64,000 nucleotides of DNA from assembly GCA_047495785.1 (NCBI GenBank), contig JBLDXI010000042.1, forward strand, positions 4,960,001 to 5,024,000, read 5' to 3'. The notes beneath the pieces were generated by a model. The model was not told the DNA's origin and did no database searches. It saw only the letters and a list, made by a program, of their open reading frames with translations. The DNA is from Lepidodermella squamata. Taxonomy: Eukaryota > Animalia > Gastrotricha. This document shows, in pieces, positions 46,001 to 58,243 of this stretch (positions within the stretch are counted from its first letter, which is position 1; each line of letters opens with the position of its first letter). A program made the translations under genes and the position numbers.

Positions 46001-47951
46001 AGTTCGACTCCTGGTGGTGCATCGTTTTTTTCAGTCTGATTTTTGAGCGAACATTTTTTTCACGACCGCCCGACCACAACGACTGCGCGACCGCGCGACC
46101 AAGACCAGAAAAAAATCGACGGACTTTGACCTTAGTCATGTGACTGCAAAGTCGCCCTATAATGATCGTCACCTCAACTAGCAGGAGTCATTTTCATGTC
46201 TTATTGAATTTTTTAGCTGATTTATATTCTTAGCTATCTGAAGTGTGCTGATTCGCTGCATCAAGCTGCGATAAATCAAGTCTCGCTGATCAACTGTGCC
46301 GATGACCTTTACCTGGCAACTGAGATTGTCACAACAACACTTGCCGCTTTTTCAATCGTTCTCAACGTTGTCAGCATCATCGGAGTTTGGTATGCGCTCG
46401 GCCTGAGTCGATTTCGCCGCTGGCTCATGCTCAACTTGGTTATCACGGACCTGGCGAATGCGATCACTATTGCGTGGGACGACAATTTTAACTTGCCGCG
46501 GGTTCTTGATGTCAACTATTACAGTAAGTTTTCTGCCGAGCTAATTCATTGTCATGATCTAACAGTTAAATGCATAAGTTGGGGAGGAAAGAAGGAAACT
46601 TATAGAACTTCAATTCATTGCGTTAGGTCACCATAGGTATCATTTAGGATTGTCGATTCCAGTGGCTATAGCTGGGCGAGAATTTCAGATTATTGTACAG
46701 GCGTATAGGGTGTGGTTTCGCCGGTCTGATTTCAGCCTTTCGACCTTAGCCAGGGCTATCAGTAAGCTGAGGTTGAAAAAACAAGTCCAGTTTAAACAAT
46801 TCTGTGGTTAAATGCTAGATGCAAGTACTTTCAAGGTTCTTCAACTGAGGTTCTTCAAGGTTCTTTCGCTGCCAAATTTGTTCCTTCAAATTCCCATCTC
46901 CTGGCCGTCAGCGAATGTAAACAAGAGACAACAAAAATAGGAAAAAAGACTCTCAGGGTGATGGGTTGGAACATCGTTGTTTTGAAATCCTTCATCTAGT
47001 ATTTTGCTTATGATTCCCTTTCATTTAGTTTGGAATATGCTGACCTTTGAAATGATTCTCACTCTCTGCCTGCTGACGCTAGACTTCAATTTGGCAATTT
47101 TCAAGCCGCATACCTATCAAATCCTGCTTTCACGGCCAACAACCGTATCAATAATCGCCGCATCTTGGACTGCGAGCATCGGCCTGTCGATTTTCCTCGT
47201 AACCGGTGTCAAATTCCGCCTGCCATTGATGGAAATCGCTGTGCTATTCGTCAATCTAACAGCCATTCTCATCGTATTCGCTGCGCATGTTGTGTTGATC
47301 TTGAAGATTTTCAGCATTCAGGCGACTGCCGATGCTGTTTGCCTCAAGGAAGTTCCGACCGATCACCAACAGTACAAGTCGATTGTCGAACAGACTTATC
47401 GCGTCTCGGCGACGGTTGCAATGTGCGCGATTACGACGATGATTCTCGTCACGCCGTACCTCGTCTACGAATTTAGCATTTTACTAGGTGAGTCATGCAA
47501 TTGATTGCGCTTCAAAGTTTAATTGAAATTAATTCCCGTAATTATAGAGGAGGTGGACCCCGTGGACCCGAACCGGTGCATAATCCACGAGAGCCATCGC
47601 CTCGTCCTCGAACTCGTCGCTGATATTTGCCTGTCCGTAAATTGCGTCATCGATCCACTTCTCTACGTCATGCGGCTTTCTGATGTGCGGCGCGGCCTGC
47701 GACGCGCCTACCGCAAGGCATTACGGCGATCCGGCCTGGCCGAGCGGTATCCAAGGGCCGTAGCGGGTAGTAGTTCAGTCATGCGTGACGCGGCTTCACT
47801 GCTGAAACACCACCCGCAGTCTATGGTCGAAAATCGGCGGCTCAGCCATCAAATCGAAGGGAGTCGTGCGGCTGGCTTGTCTAAAAATAGTTTCAGCTCA
47901 TTTGCTGTTCACAAGAGAAAGCGAACGCGTTCGATGTCTCTCGGCTTTTGA
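43099..47951 (+). CDS. Orphan class A-like GPCR 1 with a large Cys-containing N-terminal ectodomain
   Basis: Exons about 43099-43471, 44665-45067, 46234-46523, 47029-47487 and 47548-47951. Motifs LNLVITD (TM2), TLDFNLAIFKP (DRY position), VTPY (TM6) and NCVIDPLLY (TM7). Start codon uncertain: in-frame ATG at 43201, or an upstream exon. Confidence 0.85.
45656..46166. mobile_element. Foldback/MITE element with perfect 213-bp inverted arms, each containing a tRNA-like Pol III unit
   Basis: 45656-45868 is the reverse complement of 45954-46166, with an 85-bp spacer. Each arm contains TGGCGTAGTGG...GTTCGACTCC...TTTTTTT. Confidence 0.85.
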
Positions 47952-49363
47952 TAGTTTTTACTATTGATAATTTATTTGTTCAGTATCTCATGATTTTAAG
48001 TTTGAAAATAAACCAAACCATTCCAACACGGCTGAAAATGGCGGAAATGTGAATGAACCTTTGCGAACCCAGCGGTATTAGCATAGCGGTTGAAATCGAG
48101 TTTTTTTGTTCTATTCACGGCGCATATCCTGTTTAATTGCCTAAAAATAGCCGTGAAATTTCCATTTTAGGATATCCCGTTTTCGTTGAACCAGAAAGAA
48201 AAAGCAAGCCGTGAACGTGTGAACTTTTAATGATTTCGCAGCGATTCGACGTTGTGGCTGCCTGAATTAGACAATCTGTCACCTGCGTAAATGTCTTCTC
48301 TGGGTAAAACTGATCGTAAAGTATAGGTGTTATAAACCACAACTTCCATGTTTCACAAGTGAAAAAATTCACACTTTAACATATATCAGGAAAGTGGCTC
48401 GACCAGGTGCGACAGGCCAGGGGCTTTCCGACTCTCACATCGTCTACATACATACGCGGCACTCATTTTTTCGAGCCCTCTTATATAATCGGCAAAAAAC
48501 TTCATTTGGCCGCTTGTACTTTATATACGTCAACCTAATACAGGTAATGCTGCTGCGCGCCAAGTCTTGGTAATAATCGTTATGACACGTAGATAAATGG
48601 TGGCGTGATTGTCAAGTAAAAACCGGCTATTAGACCCACAGTCCGGCATAGTATAATCTCGTTATCATTAAACGCAACCATAAAATCTCATAGATTACTC
48701 AACAACTCTTCAAATTATCACATAGCCCACATGAAATTCATACGTTAGACCTAATTTTTCGTACACTCTTTACGATCCTCAAAGTGATTAATGCAGAAAG
48801 TGTGTTTATTTTTGCATTCCTGTTTACACAGGACAAATTATCTTTCATCTATAAAAGCCCGTAATAGAACTGCTGCTACATTACGAAAAGTTAAATACTT
48901 CTACCTTAATTTTCTCTAGATTCTACTCATATTCATCGTCCTTTACCGGGTGCCAGCGCTCATGCAAAAGCATAAAATCCGTATTTTGACTTGACTCGGT
49001 TCTTTCCCATTCAAGCCCTGTGAAGAACTAGCGCCACCTTAATTGCAAGTCACGACCTTGCTATTTTTTTACAACCGAGTTCACCGTAGCTATTCAAAAT
49101 AATCACACCAATGATTCATTTAATAGTACTGCTGATAGAGAAATACATTTTACCCGTATTTGGCTACCAACTGTTACCACTAGTGGAAAAAATTAGCATT
49201 CCCCTCTTATCAACTCGCGCATTCTTCCATGACCTGCTGCATCCACCGGTTTTAATGGCTTATCTCTTTCATTCCGTCGTTATTTTTTAGTATCCTATCC
49301 CACGTTTGATTTCAGCCTTTGCGCCTTGTAGATTGAAAGCTGAGATCTGGACGCTTCAAATCC

Positions 49364-52020
49364 ATGCTGCCTGACCATGCCGCAGGCGGTTCGCGGTCTC
49401 ACGTGAAGCTTTTACTCGTCATTTTTCACATCGGTCTTGTCAGCGCTCAATATGTCAGTATTGGAGATATCTACCAATGCAGCAGTCGATGGGACCGCAT
49501 TTACGAGAAGCGCCACTGCCCTAACACGGGAAACCGCGAAGAAACCGATTATACTCTGGATCCTTGCTCTGGAAAGCTGCGAAACTCAGCAATGTGGGAT
49601 AAAAGTAAGTCCATGAAATGAGTGCAAATTCTATTGTCATCTTTTACCTTCTAGATAACATTTGTGATGCCCCGGAGGAAGAGCAGCAAGAAATCAAAGC
49701 GTTCATTTACCAGTTGGACTCGATTTTGAAAACCGTGAAACCTCACACCATCAGCTATTCTGGCTCAGCAGGTGACGATGTGCGGCGTTATGTTCAAGAA
49801 ATGTGCAGCTCGCCGCGATCTGCGTCATCGAAACTTACGCTGAAGCAAATCGTCGACCACATTGCCGAGTTGCTCTTTGTCGATGATCTTTTCGTGCGGG
49901 AAATGCCGAAGAGAAAAGAAGGCATTTCTAGACTGACTCGCGAACTGATTTGTGAAACTTGGACCGATGTAACTTTGCGGCGGAATTTCATGACACAGCG
50001 CGTTCTTTCGTTGAAATATGGCTCGCATGATACCTTCACCTTGAGCGAGTATGTTTCCAAATACGTTTTAGTCCACATTTTCACGTTTTTTTTCATCAAA
50101 TAATGGAACCCGCCAATTTATTTTAAAGGCCAGGATTGCCGAATTTTCAAAATTGCGTACTTTGTGAGCTTGGACTTTGCACCCTATGTGTATGTGGGCA
50201 AAAAATCTAAATCTAAAATTAGACGTTGCTCCTTTTCTGTCCTTTTCCTCTTCTTGGTTTTGAACACAGCGCGGCACCATAGCTCTGTAAGCTGTGTCGT
50301 CAAAGCTGTCATTATTTGTGAAACGAAATACTTAGCATTGCTGGAAAATTGTGGCGGCAACCATTTTAGAGGTCCGTATGGATTATTTCGAATTTGCCCG
50401 GGAAACTCAGATGAAAGATGAATTTTCACTTAAAAAATAGGTTCACACTTTGAATCAATCTCGCTTTATATGATGGTTTTAATATTATGCACTCACCAGA
50501 AGCTTACTAGAAACTTCCCCATTTTTTAGTTTTTAGTTTTTAGTTTTCACGGTATGTTCAGGGGATTTGTAGCCTTCTTGGTATTTGTTTAAATTGAGGA
50601 AAAATACTCTAATTTCAGAATTAGGAATTAGGGCAATAAATATTCCATTCTAAATTTTAATTTATCTTTCAATTATTTTTTGTAAAATAGTTACCTCAAA
50701 TGCGCCGGAGAGCTTCACAAGGCGGCTATGGACAACCCCGGTTTTATTAACCCGACTATTACGCTTTACCAAGCTGCGGAGATAATTACAACAACACTGG
50801 CTTGCTTAGCCACTCTCCTGGCATTCATCAGCGCCCTGGGTGTTATCTATGCAAACGGCCTGAGCCGATTTCGCCGCTCGCTCTTGCTCAATTTATGCGT
50901 CGCTGATTTTTTCAACGCTTGGATCATCTGCCTAGGCGAGTACTTCTCCTGGAACCGCCGAACTGAGCCGTACTACCTGGCCTGGAACATTCTGACCTTT
51001 GAAATGGTCGTGACTCTTGGACTATTGACGCTCGATTTCAATTTAGCAATTTTCAAGCCTATTCGATACCGGTATTTGTTATCGACAGTGCATACAATTT
51101 TCATAGTGGGCGGATCGTGGGTTTTCTGCATCGCGTTGTCACTCGCGATATTCCTGGGCGCGAGGCAACACGTCGTATGGGTGGACATGGCAAGTTTAGC
51201 ACTGTATCTCCTCGGCATTATTCTAGTCTTCGTAGCGCACGTTGTGCTGCTGCTTAAAATCTTCCACATTCAAAACGAAAGCCATGCAATTGTCGTCAAT
51301 GTTGTAGGCAATAAGCGAATTATCGAACAAACAAACCGAGTCGCTGGTACTGTTGTTCTGGTCGCGGTTACCACGCTGGTTCTGGTGACGCCCTATTGCG
51401 TCTACGAGTTCTATCAACTGGTTGAGACGGAAGACGCCCCGCCGGCTGAATGCTACGTTCATGAAAGCAAATTGTTGATCGCCGAGTTGACTGCCGACAT
51501 CTGCATAGCCCTGAACTGTGTCGTAGACCCGCTGCTCTACGTTCTACGGCTGTCGGATGTTAGGAAAGGTTGTCGGAAGGCGCTTAGATCGTTTTGTGTG
51601 GCCATTGGTAAGCCGCATCTTGCGAGAAGTATTAGCGCTTCTAGCGCGACCACAGCCGCGCCTCAAAATCGGCGGCCTTTAGCCGCGACCCATCAAGGCG
51701 CTGGCAGCAAAAGCATGCCATTACTTTGCCAGCCGGTTTCTCACACGCTGAGTACCAGCAACAGTTATCAGGCAAAACCTCGGACAAGCGGTTTCATGAG
51801 TGATCCGTTAAGTGCGAATGGCACTCCCCCGAATGGCGAGGCTTTCATTACGACCGGTGAATCCGTTGCTCCGTTGCGGCTGAACAGCGTGAGTAGGCGG
51901 GCTTTCGAGCAAATGCAACCGCTGCTTCACAACCATCATCATCATCATCAGCAAGCACTGCCAAACCACAACCCGCCTGCGCTAGATGACAGTAACGTAA
52001 CTTATTCTACACGGCTATGA
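49364..52020 (+). CDS. Orphan class A-like GPCR 2 (paralog of GPCR 1) with signal peptide and Cys-containing ectodomain
   Basis: Exons 49364-49604, 49655-50048 and 50691-52020. Signal-like HVKLLLVIFHIGLVSA; motifs LNLCVAD, TLDFNLAIFKP and NCVVDPLLY; AATAAA at about 52061. Confidence 0.9.
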
Positions 52021-52591
52021 TTATTTAATAGATTTTTAGTGCTGTTCCAATTTTTTAAAGAAATAAAAATTTATTTATGTTTTTAAATTATCCGCGTTGT
52101 CAAACCCGTCACGGTAATGCTAATTTTCCGAGCCCATTTCCAGCTCACGTGGTGTGGGAATAGGTGCAGTAGTGCTCACCCTCATGGCGCATAGGTTTAC
52201 AACCCCGTGTAGCAGACGGCAACGGGTGACGAAATACAATAGGAACCACCAAACATCAGATGTTATAATACGAAATACGAAGCCGTAGAGGACAAAAACA
52301 GTTGCTCCATTGTTACGTATGTGATGACTATTCCTACGCGCTAGGGTTACCAATGTGTCTTTTACTTCGTACATGCAGGCAAGGTTGTAAACTTTTTAAG
52401 CACATATCACCGTGTATAGCCATCTGAGTTTTAAGCACGTCCAACAACTCATCCATACTCCTTATTATACGTAGACTCACGATCGAAGTTGAAGTCACGT
52501 TGCTGCGACAGGAAATTCGATATTCTGGCATTTTAATCACAACAGCATGATTTTAGAAGTGATATATCTTCACTTCGAGACAAATTAAATC

Positions 52592-54736
52592 ATGCTCAAT
52601 AAAGAAATTTCCCTACTTGTATTGGCTGTGCTAGCCAGCCAAACTCAATGTCTTAACACAATCTTTTCCATTGCCATCGAATCTTCGACACCTAGTCCAA
52701 CTCAAAGAGGTGAGGTTCAGCAATTTTCTCATTTGTCTCATATTATTTAATCTTCCTACTAGTTTGTGGAGCAAATTCAGCTCTGCGGGCAACAGTATGT
52801 CGGAGAGGGAAGGCGTCTCAAAGCAATTTAATTTATTGCCCGAATGGCGCAACAACCACCATGACGTCTTCTACAACCTCGACCCCCCTTGATACCGCCA
52901 AAACCGACGCAGATTTTTTGAAAACAAATCGCTCCACGACTCAGAGACCTTCGATTTCTCGCAACGTAATTTTGATTTGCTCCGCAACGTATGGCCGATG
53001 GGATGAAAGGCCGTGCATACTTGACAACCCTGAACCTTCTTTCAACGATTCAGCCTCGGAAGGACCGGCAAATGCTACTGATAGGGGCCTCACCGAGGAG
53101 ATGGAGCGTTTTATTCTTGACCGGGAATCCCGAGCGAGAATTACAGTGACGAATGAGGTCAAAATAGCATGTGATCGAAGCTCAAGTTGCTTGGTACCTT
53201 TCGATATTTTGAAATGCCCCGAGTGCTCGCAAATCAAGTCAACCTATGTCGAAGTCGCATATGCTTGTGTCCCTTGTAAGTTTCTTGTCTATTGCAAATC
53301 TCAATAGTTTTCTTTTTCGGTCAAATTTAGCCACTGCTTACACGGAAGCGAGGCGGTCTCTTGATTTGGCCATAGGTCAGTCGGAGAGAGCTACTGTACG
53401 AGTGGCTCAACAACGGACGACGGATTCTTTGTCATCCCAGCGCAGAACTCTTTTGTCCACCACATCAACTCCTGGCCCAAATAGCTCAGAAACACCGAGT
53501 GATTCATCTTCTGAAGATACTTCCATGGAGATTTTCTACGACTTAAATTCGACTTTAATACCCACCACAACATCGACACCATCGACTAGCATTATATCCT
53601 CCTCCACTACCACGACAACAAGCACAGACACAACCACAACATCCGCAGTTACCCAAACGAAAAATTTATCTGTTACGGTTCTGGCCAAGGAAGCTATAGC
53701 TCCGACCAAGGAAGCTACAACTACCACCATCCAAAGAGTTGTGATGGTTGCCTCTGACCCGCCAATTACTTCATCAAGTCTCAACGTGATCCTTCCCGCG
53801 GCGATAGGAGGATCTGCCGCTGTGTTGTGTCTAGCAATAGGCATCCTTCTAATCGTCCTCTTCATTCAAAGAAGAAATTTTCGTCGAAAAACAAAGATTT
53901 TGACGAGCATCTCCACGAAAGATTCTTTCACACTGAACGGCAGAGCTCTTTCATTAACTGATTTGAGGAGGGAGAACGGTGGCGCAGGAAAATCTGGCTC
54001 GTTGCCGAGTGCAATCGACAACAGATTCTACGCTATAAGCGAAAAGAAATTTGACAAGTTTATTCCCCTAGCAATACGGCCAACGCCAGACAAGAAGAAT
54101 GTTTTGACCCCACCGAATGCAAAACCCGCTGGCGATGGCGAATCAGATTCTGGGGTTGATAGCCCAGGTTCTGCTCCAGTGAATAGGAAACGCGGCGAGA
54201 GCACTTCATCTGGAGTTTACTGTGATATTGGCGATTTGGAAAATCCTATTCCAGAGGAAGTTTTGTACCAAAATACCCCAAGGCAACCCGCCACTGACAC
54301 CACGGCAGAGCATTCTCTGGTATATGGCGACTTCGATACGGTTATGACTGCCGTATCAACGTCTGGCACTTATATAACTCAGGACGACATCAATGCAGTC
54401 CTCAACGAGCTCATAGCTCAGCAAAAAGAAGAAGAGTTGCTGAAAAAGCGAGAAAGCGACAGCAATAATGTTTGCTATTACGGCGGATTAGTCCCCGCCC
54501 CTAGATTGCCAAGGCCCGTTCTGCTGGCCCAGGATCCACCTGTGCCTCCGCCGACTCTTTCACAATATGCCAACGATATCATACAATTCAATATACCAAG
54601 ACCTGTTGTTTTAATAACCAGCCCTGATGAGCAACGACGGTTCAGTACTCCCTCGGTGGATATAAACAGCCCTTCAGCAAGCATAATATTCCATCAAAGA
54701 AACAGATGGCAATTTTTAGGTGACGAGTTGACTTGA
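52592..54736 (+). CDS. Type I membrane protein with SUEL (galactose/rhamnose-binding lectin)-like domain, Thr/Ser stalk, TM helix and Tyr-motif cytoplasmic tail
   Basis: Exons 52592-52709 (MLNKEISLLVLAVLASQTQC), 52763-53275 and 53331-54736. SUEL motifs YCPNG..ILICSATYGR..C..VKIACDRSSSCLV..CPEC..STYVEVAYACVP; TM ILPAAIGGSAAVLCLAIGILLIVLFI followed by QRR. Confidence 0.8.
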
Positions 54737-54813
54737 TTTTACTCAACAACAATTTACGCTTGTAATATTTGTACAACCATTAAACTTTTTGAATAAATTT
54801 GTTCGTGTGTTTT

Positions 54814-57213
54814 TCAACCAACAACGCTATCGTTGTCTTGTAATCGGCTCGATTGTTCTCGAATAGAGGGGGTTGAAACGTGCGACATTCGCTCGATATC
54901 AGCCATGCCGTCTTCATCGGCCCATGAAGCCCAATAGACGGAGATTTCTCGACTTCCTTGAACCGTTAACGTTCCCCGTCGGTTGAATTCGATGTCGGGG
55001 CTATTTTCAAGTCGTTCGAAAACAGCCGAGCTAGCTTGGATACGAAGAGCTGAAAACGAGAATTATACTTGGATGTTAGTTAAGGCAAGCTTCACAACTT
55101 ACGTAGGCTTGTGGCATGGATAAGAGCTGCAACTTCAATGGCGTCGCCGAAAACGCACATCCTAGGAACTTGAAGATTCAAAATATGACTTATACCCGAG
55201 CCAACATGAATCCCGACTCGCAGTCGTAGGGCATCTTCCGAATTTTCCTTCACCTGAATCTCAAGTACGCTTTTTTGCAGCTCAAGAGAGAGGAACAGCA
55301 TTTCAGTCACATGATCAATCCCATGTGGCTCTCCAGCCCCTGACCCAAGGCAAATCGCATCGCCAACAACGTCGATTTTGAAGCAGTTGAACTTCTTGAC
55401 GATCTCTTCAAACGTGCCGTAGTATTGCGAAATGACACCTAGAAACTCCGCTGGCTCGAGGTCCTCAGTTAGCTGCGTAGTGTTTACGTCAAACATCAGA
55501 ACGCATATATCATGAGCTCGGCGTGGTTGAATCCGCTCGCCGCTTTTTACAGCTTGAACCATTGTTCGAGGTACGAAATCATACAGAACATTCATAGCTT
55601 GCTCTAACATCTCAGCTCGGCTGTTGCTTTCAATGACCTGGGCTTGGAGGTAGTAAATTCCGCGGTAGTGAACGAAAAGCGCTCCGAAACAGATCAACGA
55701 AGAAATTATCAGCAAAACAATAGCTGAAACGAAAATCAACGAATATCCGGAAGGAAGATTTGAGTTTTAGCTTACAAACTACGTCAGCAGATGGCCAGGC
55801 GCTGGTTGTTCTCGCTACGAAATCGGTAACATGACTTGTCAAAATGTTTTGAACCCAATCGAATGCAGCCTGCGTCTTCATGTAGGACTCGTCAAACATC
55901 GCTGGTGTTAAGGTTTGCTTGTCGTATTCATAGGCAATAACGCGTAGATACGCGGAAACAAAGGCTCTGTAGCTGTCTGTATGTCAAAACCTTGGTCGTT
56001 GAAAGAAGTAATTCTTAGAATATGTTAACCTTGCTGCGTGATGTTTGAAACAATTTGAGTCTGCGAAAACTTGCTATCTCGACTTGCTAATGTGAGCAGC
56101 TCTTCAAAGTAAATTCTGCAGTTGAATAGCTTTTGAAAAATTATATCATCTTCGCGTGGCTTTCTCTCTGAAATCGAGAAATTTAGTTTACACCCATAAA
56201 TATTTTTGGTGATAACCTTGAAGAATATATTTTTTCCCAATTGTGTAGACCCATTGGAAGTTAGTTTCCATTTCAAAAAGATGCTGCAATGCCAGCAACT
56301 CCGACCAACCCGTAAAGCGTGTAACTCGCATAACAATCGCCTCGGTCACTTTGATCAGTGAATCCAGCATATTAGAGTAGAAGATAACCATGTCAGCCTC
56401 TGTTGTAGCATTTTCGGATTTTCTCAGATTTCTCTGATTTCGCAAGGCAGTGCTCAGGGCGGTTGATGATGATATATTTGCACGAACATTAGCCGGAACA
56501 GTCATCAGGTCGATCTCATCGGGCCAGTCTTCGATCCAGAGCAATGTCTGAGGCATAAAATTGTGTCAGCCTCAGCTAAAACCAGCAATATCTACTTACA
56601 GTATCCGTATTTCTAATTGCAGTTTGAATTTTACCGAGGAAGGTATCGTAATTGTCCTCAGAATTCAGGAAAAAGATGTGAGCCTCGTCTCGGAGGGAAT
56701 CCAGCAGTCCGTACATGTCTAACAGCAACTTGTACGGGCTCTGAACGTGTTGAATGATGAAATTGCCATTTTAAATTTCGTAAAACAAACCTCAATGTTA
56801 TCCACCCGTGCAGCGCGAACCTGCGACGTATCGGAATCAGTGTAAACTTGCACCAAGATACCAGCGAATGCGAGTATTGCAAAAGCCATGACTTGAACAG
56901 TCTGGATCCGACGGCCGGCAAGTGTCCGAGCATCGGGAATGAAAAACTGGGCGATGCAGCTGAAATGGTCCCAGAAGGACGGAGAAACGTCGAATTTCAC
57001 ATTTTTGTTGTTTATTTTCGTCCCTCCTGAATGATAATATGGCCCTGACGCAACTGTTGATGCTGTATCGGCGTGAAGAATGCTACTGCTGTATACCGCG
57101 GAACCTTGATGAAGCTTGAGGCCGCTAACCTTGGCTAAAATTTCGCGGTTGGCAGCCTCGGAGTCGTTCAGCTGGTCTAGGTTGATCTTACTGCTAGGCC
57201 TCACTCGACTCAT
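54814..57213 (-). CDS. Membrane guanylyl cyclase-like protein, TM-(NIT-like helical domain)-TM-cyclase, with no kinase-homology domain
   Basis: Exons 57213-56791, 56740-56600, 56547-56217, 56167-56030, 55976-55776, 55723-55103 and 55049-54814. Cyclase motifs VLMFDV, FKIDVVGDA, LRVGIHVG, PRMCVFGDA and RRGTLTVQG. The NIT assignment rests on architecture and weak motifs (LLDSLRDE, FYSNMLDSLI). Confidence 0.8.
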
Positions 57214-58087
57214 GTTCTTCAGGGTAAAAAGCGTTCCTATCGTCCAGGAACGTGTGAAAGGATAATGAAGGTACCCTCAGCTCACAGAACTGGGTGCATA
57301 GATATAATCTTTGTTAATTAAATATCTCATCGCCAATAATCGGTTGGCTAAGCGCAGCAATAATCTGCCTGTTTTTGGCTTAATTAATCGCTTGAATTGT
57401 TCGCCTAACTTGCACTCTGTCGAAATTTGCACCGGTAGATCGATATGTGAATTCGGAATTATGTGAAATTATTTCAAACCGCATACCAATGCTGGTTTCA
57501 GTGCTTATTCTCGTGTAATGAGAAATCAAGAGGAAATCGCTCTGTTTAGGCAGCGCGATGATCTTGTCTTTTGTTACTTCTTTGAACTTTAATGACATCA
57601 AATAAGATGCGATTGGAATCGTCAGAATAAAAACAAAATTTATCAATCCGAATGGCTTCCCGCCTGCAAAATTTAGGCAGCAAGCAAATTCTTTCAAAAA
57701 CTGTATTTCTCAAGATTTCAAACCATATTTCATATCAGATTAATCAGATGAATCAAGACAGATGACAGATGACTCTCCGACATTGAGCAGTATGTGAAAA
57801 AAAGTCGACCCCAGTTGACTAATTTTAATTTGTTGAACGCCCAAAGTAAACACGACGCTGAAATGTGTAAAATGACGCGGAATTTGTGCGCGCGCCGCGA
57901 ATTTGTGAAGGCGCGGTCAAAATGTTAATCCGCCGCGCTTATTTAATCGCTTCCCGCTGAAATCGGTGAGTGCGCGCGGTCAAAAGACGCTAATAGTAAA
58001 CAAAAGACGCGATTTATAAAATTTCTGAGTTTTGTGACATATTTCGGTTGAAAACCGGTCAATCGGCAGCGGCTGACCGGCCGCGAA

Positions 58088-58243
58088 CATGAGACGTGCC
58101 AGGACGCCGAGGCTTCGAATCTCCTATAATAAAATCTGTGTAAAGCGAAACGGATTATTCATGAGCTCGTCGCATTGATTTGAGGCACGAGCTGATGTTT
58201 TTTGCCCCTTATATCAAGCCTCGGCGTCCTGGTACGTCTCATG
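58088..58243. repeat. Short inverted-repeat element (28-bp arms)
   Basis: CATGAGACGTGCCAGGACGCCGAGGCTT / AAGCCTCGGCGTCCTGGTACGTCTCATG, one mismatch. Confidence 0.6.

Noticed and set aside
45947-46021. Functional tRNA gene
   Set aside because: A and B boxes are present but the acceptor and anticodon stems do not pair; it is part of an inverted-repeat element.
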